This document shows, in pieces, positions 12,130-26,165 of a DNA stretch of 64,000 nt. The notes under the pieces are model-generated. The model was not told the DNA's origin and ran no database searches. It worked only from the letters and a program-made list of their open reading frames with translations. The translations under genes were made by a program, and so were the position numbers. The stretch comes from Lama glama (taxonomy: Eukaryota). Positions within the stretch are counted from its first letter, which is position 1. Each line of letters starts with the position of its first letter. The stretch is taken from positions 93,498,001-93,562,000 of the forward strand of contig CM052817.1 of assembly GCA_028534125.1 (NCBI GenBank). The letters are read 5' to 3'.

Positions 12130-15100
12130 GAGACTTCTCAACTTGACTTCAAAAGCATAGTTCATAAAGGAAAGTATTAATACATTTGACGATATTAAAA
12201 TTAAAATATTCTGTAAGCAAAAGATACCATAAAGTGTGAGATAACAAAGTACATACCAGAAAAATATGTTTATAACACAGGAGTTTTCAGTTTCTGTTTA
12301 GACAAAGATGTAAAGAATATTACTCCTACCATAAACTCAAGAAAAGCTGAATAATACATAGAATCATAACTTTTCCTTAACTAATCAGAGACCTGAGGTC
12401 TCAGAGCAAACTCACCAGGCTGAAATCTAGGGAAAGATAAATGCCTCTAAGGAGGAGAGCTTTCTTGCACAGAAGGAAGGGATGTCAGGCCCCAAACAAG
12501 CTGGTAATAAGAATGCAACTAAAATATACTGATTTACTAAGGGTCAGGGTAGGCTAGCATGAGCGTATAGAGCTACTGGGGGCCAGAAACTCAAGGGTAG
12601 TTTGTACCCACTAACAGACTTTTCATAGACTCCATCAGATGCTCATAAGAAAGACTGAGAGCAGAGTAGGATCTGCAGAAAGCATCCCTTGGTGATGCAG
12701 GCCTGTGGGAGGAGAGCAGCAGTCATTGCAGAAAAGCACAGCACAGACTAGGATCCTCCTCCTACAGAACAAAAATGGCAGACCCTGTTAACATCAGGGC
12801 GCAGGTGAAAAGTCACTGCAGTTAGGGGATGGAAACAAGAGAGGAGAAGACAACTTTCCAGGGATCAGATCATTAGAGATCCTCTGATCCTATACATGTA
12901 AGAGAGGAACAGGACCACTGAGAAAGCTCCATCCCTAAGACCCAAGAATATAGACCTCACCAAAGATAACAGCTGAAATAGGACAACAGAGAATGTCTCT
13001 ACCAGGGCAGCAGACACTAAGAAATAAGTAACAGTGCAGTACCACTAGGGGAGACACAAAAGCATGAAGAGTGTATCTCTCTGATGCAGAAGCTCCCAGG
13101 AAAAGCCTAACGTGGAAGGTGGAGAACAAATTCTCCAGCCACACAAACCCCACCCTAAACACAAGTGAATGCTAGAGGGATTTGGAGCTAGTGGTGCACT
13201 ATAAGTGGTCATAGAAACAACAAAACCCAAACCCAGCTCAGTTTCTGTCTAGACTGATTCAACTCCCCCAACACATGAATTAAAAGCTTAGCAGAAGAAG
13301 AGGAATGCCCATTTCCAGGCCTAAGTACCAGACTCTTCTATCCTACATACTACACAAAGAAGATGAAGATAAAGAAGAATAACAAAACAACAATAACAAC
13401 ATAGTTAAGAGAAAAAGCAAATAAGCAATCAGAGAACAAACTCAGATATGGCCAAAAAATTGAAAGACAGAAAGAGAATATACAAAAGACTATAATGGAA
13501 AAGGTAGGTGATGTGCATGACCAGATGGAAATTTTTAGCGGAGACAGAAACTATTGAAAAGAATCAAATGGAAATGTTAGGAACGAGAGTGCCTTTGACA
13601 GGCTCATCAGTAGATGTGAACACCATCAAAGAAATCATCAGTGAACTTGGAGATAGGCCAACAGAAATGATCCAAACTGAAACAAAAAGAAAAAAAGTGA
13701 AAATGCATGAGAGCATTCAAAAACTGAGATGATATCAACCAAAATGCATTATCTGAACCTCAGAAGACAGAAAAAGACAAAAAAATTTTTGAAAAGATAA
13801 TGGCCTAGCATTTTCCAAAAATATTTAAAGACACCAAAACACCGATCAAAGAAACTCAGAAAACATCAAGCCAAGTAGTGATACACACACACACATGCAC
13901 CAATAAATAACCAAGCAAATCAAAGAAACAATTTTTTTTTAAATTCTACATATACTACTGAAAACCAAAGATAAGGAGAAAATTTTTGAGGGAACCAGAG
14001 CAAAAAAGGCAAATTACATATAGAGTAACAAAAATAAAATATTTTGGACTTGTTAGATACTACGTAAGTGACAGCTTTAAAGTTCTGAAAGAAGAAAAAC
14101 TGTCAACACCAAATTCTACACAAAATAAAAAGAACTTGTAAAAATTAAGGGAGAGAAAGATGTTCACCCAGACAAATAAAAACTTGCAAATTCATTATAA
14201 GCACACCTTCATGGCAAGGAAAATTAAAGGAAGTTATTCTAGCATGACATAACAGAAAGATACTTGGATCCACAAAATAAATGAAGAGCACTATAAATGC
14301 TATAAAGGAAAATAAGTGTTAATTTTCATCATTTCTAACTTTGAGTGACTATAAAAGATAATTTCTTAAGGCAAGGGTTGGCATAGTTTTTCTGTTAAGG
14401 ACAGACAGTAAATATTTTAGGCTTTTGGGTCCATATGTGCTTTGTCACAATCACTTAGTCTACAGCTATAGTGTGAAAGCAACCATTGACAATACATAAA
14501 CATGGCCATGTTACAGTAATATTTTATTTGCAAAACTAATTGGTATTCAAGACTGGACCTGCAGGCTGACATTTGCCAACCACTGATCTAGAGCAGAAAT
14601 AGTAGCAATGTATTGTATGCTTACAGTATTTGTAAAAAAATAATATATAACTTCAATAGCAAGAATGATGGGAGGAGGGAATAGGGAGTTATTATTGTTC
14701 TTACACTAAAAGTACAGTATATAATTATATCACTAAAATATACGAAAGTAGACTGTGATTAACTAAAATGTGTATGGTAGTTCCTATGGTAACCACTAAC
14801 ATTTTTTAAAGAATAAGCTAATAGTGGAGGAAAAATGGAATAAAAAATACACAGTAATACAAAGGCAGGGAAAAAAGAACAAAAAAGTTGGAATAAACAG
14901 AAGACAACTAGCAAAATGTTTTTAATCCAACTGTGTCAATAATTACATTAAATATAAACTATCTACACACACATACACACACACACACACCCCAATTAAA
15001 AAAGAGACTATCAACTTGGATAAAAAAGCAAGGCTATATGACTATATGCTTCATAGTTATATTAAAATATAATGACATAGATAGGTTAAAACAAAAGGAT

Positions 15101-16700
15101 AAAAAATTTATACCACACAAAACATTTATTAAAAAAAAACTAGAGTTGCTATAGTAATATCAGATAGAATAGATTTCACATCAAGGAATATCAACAGGGA
15201 CATTATATAATGATGAAGGGTTAATCCACCAAGAAGACACAACAAATCCTAAAGGTAAATGCACCTAACAGCAGAGCTTCATAATACATGAAGCAAAACT
15301 TGAAAGAACTGGAGGAAGAAATAGACAAATCCACAATGATATGCTTGGAGACATCAACATTCCTCTCTCAGTAATGGCTAGAACAAGTGAACAAAAAATC
15401 AGTGAGGATATAGAAGACTTAGATATCACTACCAACAAATTGACCTAATTGACATTTATAACAGAATGAGCCCCAAAACAGAAATATACAGGTTTTTTTC
15501 AAAGTATGCACAAACATTCATTAAGATTATATCCTAGGTCATAATACAAACTTTAACAAATTTAAGAGAATTGCAATAAAAACAAAGGTGTCCATATACA
15601 CATGCACTCATACTCACTTGAATCAGAATGCAATCAGGACACTTCATATCAAAATACAAATAGAGGGAAATTCATAGTATTAAACGCTTACAATAGAAAA
15701 GAGGTCTCAAATCAATGATCTAAGCTGTCATCTTATAACTAGACAAGGAGCCAATTAAACCTACAACAAGCAGAAAAAGGAAATAATGTATGTAATAAAC
15801 ATGACTGATGAAGATTTAGTTTCCAGAATATCTTAGGAATGTTAGCAAAACAACCCAATAGAAAAAACTACCAAAACACGTAAACAGGTAATTCAAAAAT
15901 ATTTAACACAAATTGCCAAGAAACAGATTCTGAACTTTACTAATTATCATGGAAATGCAAATTAAAACCACATGAGACATAATTATATAACCATCAATAA
16001 GTATACATTTTAAAGTCGCAAAACCTTAAATATTGATAAGGATTTAGAGCAACATAAACTTCTAAGTGCTGATGTTCTAATCACAATGGAAAATAATTTG
16101 GTAATATCTACTAACATTGAAAGCAATTCTACTTCCAAACATAGAAATTGTTGCAAGTGCATAAGACAAGACAGTTAAAAGAATGTTCATAACAAATCAA
16201 CTTCGAATGATAAAATCTTGAAGCAGGCTAAAAGTCCATCCATAAGAAAATAGATGAATATAATATGGTCTATTCATTCCATATAGAATGGATTTTCATT
16301 TCACATATCAACATTGATTAACTTCACAAACACAGTATAGAGAAAAGAGGAGAGAGAGTGATAAGAGGCGTATGACAGGGAGAGAAGGGGAGAGGGAGAG
16401 AGAGAGGGATTGAGAGGGATGATGGCACTAAGAAAAAATTTTAAAATATGTCAACTAATACTCTAGTTCTGTACTGTGTAAGGTTACGTACACATGAGGT
16501 ACAATCACAGAGAAATGTATGATAAATACTAAAACAAGAATAGTTATGATTGGGAGGAAGGGTGTGGGGATCTGATCAGGAAGGGGAACAGAGGGGTCTT
16601 CAACTGTATTGCAAAAGTTTGATTCATTAAACTGGGTAACAGGTACAAAACATCTACTGTATTTTTCCTTTTTTAAAATTTTTTGAACTGTCTTATTGAT
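12130..16700 (+). mobile_element. Composite L1 block: old L1 3' portion interrupted (about 12280-15790) by the 5'UTR, ORF1 and endonuclease region of another L1
   Basis: ORF1-like coiled-coil remnant (13508-13732) and ORF2 endonuclease start SIITLNIN (14933). ORF2 C-terminal and 3'UTR motifs lie on both sides. Confidence 0.8.
14372..14585 (+). mobile_element. MER58A-like hAT-Charlie MITE nested in L1
   Basis: Terminal inverted repeats caagggttggca / tgccaaccactg, with the internal motif agtaaatattttaggctt. Confidence 0.8.
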
Positions 16701-16709
16701 TTTGCACAT

Positions 16710-16863
16710 TTAAAAAAATGTGGGGGGGCTTTAGGCAGGAGGTAATTAGGTTTCTATTTATTTATTTATTTATTTTTTAATGGAGATGCTAGGGATTGAA
16801 CTGAGGACCTTGTGCATGCTAAGCATGCACTCTACCACTGAGCTACCATACCCTCCCCCTCCT
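16710..16863 (-). mobile_element. tRNA-derived SINE, camelid vic-1 type
   Basis: Reverse complement GGGGAGGGTATGGTAGCTCAGTGGTAGAGTGCATGCTTAGCATGCACAAGGTCCTCAGTTCAATCCC, with A and B boxes and a (TAAA)n tail. Confidence 0.85.
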
Positions 16864-19021
16864 ATATTATTCTTTATAATGTTAGTATGTTCTAAATACT
16901 CATCATGAATTTAACTAAGCAAATTATGTAAATGTGTTGAGAGCAAATGGAGAGGAAGCAAGAGCTTTGAGAAGAAAGACGGAGTTTTCTGCTGATCTCT
17001 GAGGACTGGATGAGGGAACAAGGAACAAGTGGGGCGGTTATATGGGTCCATCTGGCCTGTAGACACAGGATGGTGGAGGCCTCAGTCTGCCCAGCTGCTG
17101 TGCAGCTCGCTCCCGCAGGGCTCAGCAGCCTGGCGGGGAGGGACAGCTGAGTTGACATAGTGGTGGGGTTTTGTCTGCAGATGCAGTGACAGAAAGGTGA
17201 GGCCAAGGATATAATACTACTAAGGCAACTGAAAGGTTTCTAGGCAGGACTGAGAAGTCATTAAAGGAGAAAGATGTGACATCCTAGGGGCTGAGAGAAG
17301 AATTCAGTCCTATTGCCATGGGATAAATGGGTGGCTGAAATGGAGAGATGTTACTGGTCACTAGAGCAGGTGAGACAAAGAAACTGTGTCAACAAGGACG
17401 CTAGAGCGGTTTTTCCCATGGGAAAGGCAATCGCCCAAGGGGAGAGCAGGCAGAACCTGGGGACCAAAGGAAGACTATGTGTCTGGTGGAAAAGTCTGAA
17501 GAGAACAAAAGTTTGGCTGATGAGTGTGATAAATCAGGGTAGAGGTGTGGCACAGTCAGACGTAACAGCTTAGGGAGTCTCTTGTGGCACCAGGAAAACA
17601 GCAACCCTGCCTCTGGCTCTGTGTGTATGGCCAGTCTACATTACAGTAGGAGGCAGGGAAGCAGAAAACTCCAGAAAAGCAGGTTTCTATTAAGACAAAG
17701 AAACCAAGAAAACATTTTCTGGAGAGGTAGAAAGTGTATGAGACTATTTTTTCATAGAAACAGAAGACCCCAAGGACCTTACGTAGTATTTCAAGTGAGA
17801 GGAGCAGGGGGAGACTGAGTCATAGTCAACCACGCCCATGGCAAGATGGGGACGAAACAATGCACAAAGATATATGACAGAACATGCTTGTGGCTTAGGG
17901 AGAATCCCAGGATGACATGGATGAGAGGCATCGCACAAGGGGATGTTCTTGGGGTCTAAGTGGACCTCTGGTTACAGATGCTTCTTGACCCATTCAGGCT
18001 GAGGTCCAAGCATGGAGTGTTGGAAGCCTGATGACACTATAGACCTACGACTTTCCTTTAGGTTTCCAAACAGTGCTTTGATATGAAGTGTAAAATGAAT
18101 TATTATTCCTAACCTATCTCAAAAAGAAACAGAAGGGCAAGTCTCCATTACATTGATAGTATAGCTTTTCAGTAGCTAAGCTACTAAACTGCTCACTTCA
18201 TGTCAGTGTCACAAAACGTCTGCAGCCAAGAGTTTATTCTGATATATCAGATATGTTTCACGATGCCAAGTCACTTTAAAACCTTCTGAACACCTGGAGT
18301 TTGCAACAGGGAATGTGGGTGGGCAGGATTTCTAAGGATCAGCCGAATGCTATACAATGCCAAGAAGAGGTAAAACCAGGAATATGATCCAGAAGGAGAT
18401 TCACCTCCGCCTTCTCTGCTCCCTTCCCTTCAGCGGAAATGCCACAGTACTTTGAAGGCCACCATCATTGCAGAAAAATTATATTCACGCTTTTGCAACC
18501 AGGCCCCTATTCTCAGCAAAAGGAATTTATTCTTACTGTATATTGTTCAAAAGTAATAGCAGAATTTAAAAAAAAAAGATTTCAGGAAAAAAATTCCCTT
18601 TGGAAAAAATGGCATAAATTGGCAAATATTATACTAAAAAAAAAATTAGGCATATACTTAAGGTCAAAGTTCCCCCTGTCTTCTCATAAGGCCCTTGACC
18701 AGACAGAGGACAACCTCCATCAGAGCAACAGATGAACATTCAAGGGCAATGATTCTGTCCAGGAAAATCAATTGTGTCAGGAGACAGTTGAATTCTCCAG
18801 GTCATATGTATGGTTTTGCTACCAGTATTAAATTCAGTGAGAACCTGCTTTTTAATGAGAAAAATAAAGTGGAGAGTCGTCAGACTTCTGGTTTGATCAG
18901 AAGTCCAGCTTTGAGGGGCTCAGGATTGAGCCAGCCAGCAATGCTCACTTTACCTTTACCATGAAGACGCAGCACAGACATGAAAGGGAACAGAAGACCA
19001 AACAGCAACGTTCTCTTAAGG

Positions 19022-19179
19022 CTCTGCCACTCAAAACATGGCCCCTGGACCAGCAGTATCCACATCACCTGGAAGCTTGTTAGAAATGCAGAACCTTGAG
19101 CCAGACTCCAGATCTACTAAATTAGAATCCACTTTGTAGTACTTGGTGAATCCACAGTCAGGCTTAGGGAGCACCACTG
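19022..19179 (+). mobile_element. MER5A hAT-Charlie MITE
   Basis: Contains ggaccagcagtatccacatcacctggaagcttgttagaaatgcagaa and ends in caccactg. Confidence 0.8.
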
Positions 19180-19999
19180 TAAGGCACAGAAGATTGCCCA
19201 GATTCCAGGCTCATCAATTAGGAGAGGTAAATAGGAAGTTCCACGAAGAAAAAGCCAATATGGAGCTAAAGGCTCATGTCATTTAACCACATTTGAGACC
19301 TTTGCCAGGAGCTGTCGTGGATCCTGGCCTGGGCTTCAGTCTCTCCAGCAATTGGCTCATGTCCTACCTCCAGGGCTTCCTCCCGTTCTCTCCAGTGTTT
19401 TACAATCTGGGTTATTTGTCTGGGGCTCTTGACATCCACCTACCCTCCCACCCACAACTATTAGCTGGACTCTTTTGATGGACCCTGGCCAATGACAGCA
19501 CTATCCCTAAATTCTGTCCCCAGCTCTTACTCCCTTTTCCCTCTGCTCTCTCCAACCTCCACTCTGCTGCCTGACTCTTGACAGTCCACTCAGTTCTTGG
19601 CAAGGTCAGACCACGTTATCTTTGGGGCTAAACAGAGCCAGGTCACCGCATGCCACAATCAGGAAAGCATTAGAAGTTGGCACCGACAATTAGATGGCAG
19701 CTCTCGCTAAGAACTCGTGTCAGTGTCAGCAAAGCAGGATCATCTAGAGTCTAGCGGTTCACTGGAAATGTCGGGAGACTGGGGATTTTAGGGCTCAGGG
19801 TGGTTGCTTGTAACACATGGAAACAGGAAAGAGGAGAGAGGGTAGAGACAAGAGAACCATTTTAACAAAATGCAACCGACCAGCATGTTACACTTGCCTT
19901 CTCTCCTTGTAAATACCAAATCAACGGAGACTCTGCTAATATCCATTCACAGTCTTCACAGACTTCTGTCTTCACCACTGCTTTTTTGAAATTCACTTT

Positions 20000-20250
20000 A
20001 GCCAATAGCAGCTATAATTTGCTGAGTTTTTATGTGCCCTTTCTGAGTATGCATAATGTGCCATGCTTTGTGCATCACTTTATATGCAATACATTAACCT
20101 CTGTAACAAATTTAAGGTGTAACCCCAGCTTTACCGGTGAAGAACTGAAGGTTAAAAAGTGATTTATTCCAGGACCCCATTAGTAATTGGAGAAACAAGG
20201 ATGTGAACTTGAGTTTCTGATTCCAGAGCCCTATTCTACCTGCTACTACT
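20000..20250 (-). mobile_element. MIR SINE
   Basis: ttaccggtgaagaactgaaggtt...tctgattccagagccc. Confidence 0.65.
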
Positions 20251-21672
20251 TTTCCATTTTACCACACAAAAAATTTCAAACTTTTATTACTCCTTAAGAA
20301 AAAAAAATAGGGCAGAGGAATAGAGAGGAAGGAGGAAATCTAGGAGACTTTGATTTTACTTATGCTGTCTTTTATTTAAATTATACTCTTTCTTAAAAAT
20401 AAAAAACCTTTGGAAAACTTATAGCCTATCAGGATAGCATTTAATGCCTGAGTACCAGAACCCCCAGGGGCAAGAAAACCAGGTCAGGATGATACTTCCA
20501 TAATCCAATTTGTAACATTCTACCTGACTGAGACATACCTATCTCTGGTTCTTTCACTTGGTCCTGATGTGAATATACTTTTAGTGCACAGGACAGCATG
20601 AAAAAAAATCAAGAATAAAAATACGAAATAATTGAAGTTTAAAAATAGAATTTAGTGATGGAACACATCCAGTTCTCCAGATCCGCCACTCTGATTACTT
20701 AACCAAGGGGTCAGATTTTCTCGCTCTGCCTCTTTGAGTCACGTGGCACCCTTTTAGAGATCACAATCCCAGTCAAGAAAAGTCCCAAATCACAATGAGT
20801 AGTGAATGATCACTGATACTAGCAAAATCTTGCTGTTCAGAAGGACAGAACGGAAAGCAGCCCTACAGAGAACTCAGCTCAGCAAGGACAGTCAAAGGGA
20901 CCAAGCCTTTGGCTCATTGTAAATCAGAGGTCAGTCTGTTGCTCATTTTTTTCAGATGAAGATAAAAACACTGTGAGTCTCCACTATACATAAAGTAAAA
21001 GAGGGTGGCTCTGCCAATCGCTGTGACAAGGCACTCTTAATCCTGAGAACTCAGAACATCTCAGCGCCGCATCAGATCTGCCCAGAATTTAAAGTTTCCA
21101 ACGGTGATCAGATGTCCTAAAGGGAAGTGCTTGGACCAAATTTGGGAATGTAGCCAGTCGGTCATCTGACTTGTTAGACTGTGTTCTGTGTCAGTCATAA
21201 AAATGAAAGTGTCCTGAAGAATTACAAAGTAAACATGTGAAAATATGCTTGATTTAATCTCAATCATCTCTTTGCAAGAGGCTGGTTACCTATATCTACC
21301 TATCATCACTCTTTAACACACGGAGACAAAATGTTCTAACAGAAAGTAGAATGGAACAGACTTAAGGAAACTAGGGGTCATTCCACTCAAGAGATATAAA
21401 CACTGGGGACAGACAGCTCCACGGGACATTGACCACGCTGGAATTAGCAAGAAGGTCTTTTGTTCTAAGGTGCCCTTTTACCCTTTTCTTCACAGTGTGA
21501 CACTTTTGGTTGCCTCTCACATGTCATCCAAAGGGTAGGAACTTTCACTGAATGTTCCAGAAAAGACTGAACTTTCATGGAAACTTTTTTCTATAAATAC
21601 TTCATGTGACACATTGAATTTTACTTACTTAACAAAAACTTGTAAATATGGTCTCAAGCCCCAAATCCACTG

Positions 21673-21700
21673 TTTTTGTTTTTGTTTTTGTTTTTGTTTT
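21673..21700 (+). repeat. (TTTTTG)n repeat
   Basis: Directly visible. Confidence 0.85.
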
Positions 21701-23449
21701 AACTGCTCCCACAGCAAAGGTTTAAAAAATAGTACAAGGGTTATATAGCAATTCACGAGATGCCTCAGTATTTTTTTTTAATGGCCTTCTGTGTCATTAA
21801 ACACATTAAACACATAAACAAAGGACAGGAGTCTATGGCCCACACTTAAGATGACAAGGCTTTTTTCCTGATACTCTGATCCACAGCTGCATCTTCCAAA
21901 CATAACGGCTCCTAACAGCCCATCTTAAACCCATCTCAAGAAGCAGAGATGTAGAAAACTATTTTAACTTGGATAGAGGGCGATTCTTTTTTCACACGTA
22001 CTGAAGAGGACTCTAAGGAGGTGCTGCCTCAGCAACATCAAATGTGGCGAAATCCTTCTGAACACCATCATACACGTCCGCCCGAGGCCAGCTAAACACC
22101 ATGTGCCCAAGCAAAACTAAAACTGAAGCTTCAGTCATCCCTGCAGGCCATTTCTAACACAGACGTCAGAAGTTATTCATTCACAGAACTGACTGGATTC
22201 TGGATGATGGTATGTTTCAGGTTCCAATTAGTACTGACTAAATTATCTAGAGTTTCTGATGATTAATTGCTCATTTTCTTTTGAAATTTGAATTTTCAAA
22301 GTAAGGCAGATAGTGAATGTAATTACAATTTTATCTTCTGCTTTTTATTACGACAGGCAAGAATAAATGTGTATTTGTGATTATTATAACTTCACTTTAA
22401 CTCTCCAGAGAAGTTCACAGAGTGCCTGAGGTTATCTACAAAGAATGTAATATGACATGTCTGAGTCTTCTCATTCATACTGCTCACTGCATACAGATGA
22501 GGAGTCTTCATTTTTTTATTACCAGGAGTTTCTTTCCACTCAACTATGTACACAAGCGTACATTCTACCTTAAAATATTTACTCAATAAAACTGCACTAC
22601 AATAAGAGCAAACAACAGGTACTCTAAAAAAAGAAAAGAAAAAGAAAATTCAGTTGCTAAACTTGAACTGGAAAGAATATGTACAAAAAGAATAAGGTTG
22701 AGCAGTGAAGTTCCAAGCCATTGTTTCACCTGCAAATTCATCTAGAGTTTCTCTGGTTCATCTTATACAACTAAAGAAAATCATGCATTAATTTAATGAA
22801 TTCCGTCTGTAACATGGGCTAATCTTTTACAATCAGCTGGAGTATATAAAGCATTACCACAGAGGGAGTGTGGTATTCAAGCTCAGATTTTATGTGAAAA
22901 GTATGTCATTAATTTGCGAATAAATTACTGAATACAGAATAAAACATGCATAGACTTTCTTTTTTTCCTTTCCCATCTTCTCAATCTCAGACTGAAGCTC
23001 ACCAACATTTAGGATTGTTTTGATCCCACATGTAAGGAAAAGTAAGGAAAGGAAGTACCATAAACATTCGTCCATGGGACATGGACTTATTGTGCATCTA
23101 CTATATGGAATGCATTGTTGTAAATGGAAAAACTGCCTTTTATAATCTATCCTTGCCAAAGGACTAGTTTTCAATACTTAAGTAGCATAACCAACACAAC
23201 ATCCACCTCTGTACCTTTCTCTCCCTCCTGTGTCTACCTCCCCACTCCCCACGCCCCCTCCATCTCCCTCCCTGTAACATTTTAGCACTTAACACCCCGT
23301 GGCTTCTTTCCCTTTAGTAGGAGAGACCTTCTTCACCAGTTGTTGTTCCTCTATCTGGCAAGTTAACAAATGTGTCTTTGACTATTTTTTTGCTGTTGTT
23401 CTGGGGTCTTCCATAATTTAACTCTGTGTCAGTCTAGTATGCATGTCTG

Positions 23450-25085
23450 AATCCCAGCATTATCATAATATAAAATCAAAGAAGCTACAAAAAAAGAAAA
23501 ATACAGACTAATATCTCTCATGAATTTAGACTCACAAAATAATTATCAATCAAATCTTAGCTATAGCAAATCTAATTCAACAGTATACAAAAGGGGTTTA
23601 TCCTAGAATAAACCAGCATTCAGAGGGGTTTAATGTGGAATGAAAAACTCGGTCAACATTCAAAAACCTATCAGTGTAAGTCACTATATCAACAGACTGA
23701 AAACCAAAACCGTGGTCATCTCAAAGATGCAGAAAAAGTAATTGGACAAAATTCAACATCCATTAAAAAAAAAATCTCAGCAATTTAGGAATAGAAGGGA
23801 AACACTTTAACTTGATAATGGGCATCTACAAAGATGCTACAGCTATCATATAACTGGATAATAAAAGATTCAGTACTTTCCTGCTAAGGTCAGGAATTAG
23901 GTAAGAATTTTCACTCTCTACTTTCCTCTTCAGTATCATACTGGAGGTCATAACCAATGCAATAGGCAAGGAAAAAAATAAAACACATACAGATTGGAAA
24001 GGAACAACTGATGTTATCTCTATTTGCAGACAGAACTATTGTCTATGTAGAAAATAGCCAAAAATATCTACCAAAAAGCTAGAAATAATAAGTTTATCAA
24101 AGTTGTGCGCTAGAAGGTCAACATATAAAAATCAACTATCTATAAGCTAGCAATGAAAAATGGAAAAATAAAGTTTTAAAAATTATCATTTATTATAGTA
24201 CCAAAAAAATTAGAAGTAAACAAAATATTACAGAATCTATAAGCTATCATCTACAAAACATTGATAAAAGAAACAAAAATCAAATAAAGATATATAAAAT
24301 GTCAATGGATTAAAAGAGTCATTATTGTTAAGATGTCAGTTTTTTTAAATTGATCTAGATCATTAAGAAAATACAAATTAAAACTGTAATGAGCTACTAC
24401 TATGTATTTATTAGAATGGTTATAATTAAATATTTTAAAAATCATCAAAATCTCTGACAAGGATGTGGACCAACTGGAATTCTTGTACATTGCTGGTAGA
24501 AAGACAAAACAGTACAGTCACTTTGGAAAAAAGTCTGACAGATTCTTACATAGTCAAGCATAACCTACCATAGGAGCCAGCAATCTCACTCCTGGATAGA
24601 TACTCAAGAGAAATAAAACTTATGATCACACAAAAACCTGCTTTTTTTTAAACTAAAAATTCAAAGTCACTCCAAGTTCATTCAAAGATGAATGGATAAT
24701 CACACCAAAGCAAATTCAAAAAAGGGAATATTACTCAACAATAAAAAGGAAAAAGGCACTGATACCCCCCAAAATTAATGACTCAAGCACATTACTGTAA
24801 GTGAAAGGAGCTGGATTCAAAGTGCTGCATACTACATGATTCAATGTACATGGCATTCTGGAAAAGGCAAATTATCGAAACAGAAAACAGATCAGTGGTT
24901 TCTAGTGGGTAGAGGCGGGAGAGGTTGATCATAAAGAGGTAAAAGACAGAAAATTGGGGGTTGACTAAGTGTTCTGTATCATGATTATGGTAGTGAGTAT
25001 ACATAAATGCTAACATTTATCAAAACTTCTAAAACTGAACACCAAAAAGTATGAATTTTACTGTGCGTAGATTTTAAAACAATGA
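23450..25085 (+). mobile_element. L1 fragment: RT region joined to the 3' end (internal deletion near 24360)
   Basis: RT motifs (gatgcagaaaaag..gacaaaattcaacatcc, tatttgcagac) followed abruptly by C-terminal and 3'UTR motifs. Confidence 0.8.
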
Positions 25086-26043
25086 ACACAAAACAAGAAA
25101 GATATTAGAAAATACAGCTAGTGGTCAAAAAATATTACTAGCATGATTAATTTTAATAATATTTACTATCATTAGCATGGGTAGACAAGGGGAAGATGGC
25201 CTAAGAGAGGGACAGTGGGAATGCTTTGCTGATAGCCGTTCAATCAAGAGGCCTGCAGAGACACAAAAGGAAGCAGAAAGAAATCCATTCCATAAAGGAA
25301 TAAGAAGAATAAACTGGGAAACAAATGTTGATTTATAGGAGGCAAGAGTCCAAATGATCAAGACTTAACTGATAAACTTAAGTTTGATCTGAATGGGCCT
25401 CAATACATGGGGGCGCCCTTAAGTTTGGGGTGAGGGACAGGGAAGCAGTAGAAAGGGCTCCTGTGGAGGGGCCATTCTCAGCATCACATGTGTATCCAAG
25501 TCATACATCTGGAAGGGATACCCAAAAGAAGGTAAGGCCACAGGGAAAGATATGCAGTCAGGTACCCTGGGAATCAGGGCACCTAGACCGCTGGGTGCAG
25601 AGCCAGGCTCCTGGTTCCAAGGGACACAGCAGCCAAAACTAAGGACACATCCACAAAGTCAACCGGACTCAGACAGCTGATGTGACTGCAGCCCAGTGCT
25701 CACGGCCTGTACCCCAACTGCCAGTCACCCAGGAACCGGGGTGCAAGCAAGCAGCAAACACTGCCAGAGGTCCACTCCCTTGGTGAGGTTTTTGGTAAAA
25801 GGTAACAAAATGGAGTGGAGCATGGAAGGAAAGAACCATTAACATACTACATGGCTGGGCTCTCACTGGCTCTGTGTCAGGGTCGCTCTCTATAGATGGG
25901 GAACAAGAAATAGTGCTTGAACACAAAACCAAACAAAAATCAAAGTGGGTAAGATAATTATCTCAGGAGATACCTGTGACTGCTTCATGGAGACGATATT
26001 TGGTCAGACTTTAAGAGATCTGTGCATCAAAAAGGTAGGTGTT

Positions 26044-26165
26044 GGGGGAGGGTATAGCTCAGCAGTAAAAGTGCATGCTTAGCAATCCCCAGTACCTCCA
26101 AAAAATATATAAATAGATAAATAAGCCATATTACTCCCCACGAAAAGAGTAGAAATAAAAAAAAA
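26044..26165 (+). mobile_element. vic-1-type SINE with internal (B-box) deletion
   Basis: GGGGGAGGGTATAGCTCAGCAGTAAAAGTGCATGCTTAGCA^ATCCCCAGTACCTCC followed by an A-rich tail. Confidence 0.8.

Noticed and set aside
16780..16860. tRNA-like sequence
   Set aside because: It is the head of a tRNA-derived SINE with an AT-rich tail, not a tRNA gene.
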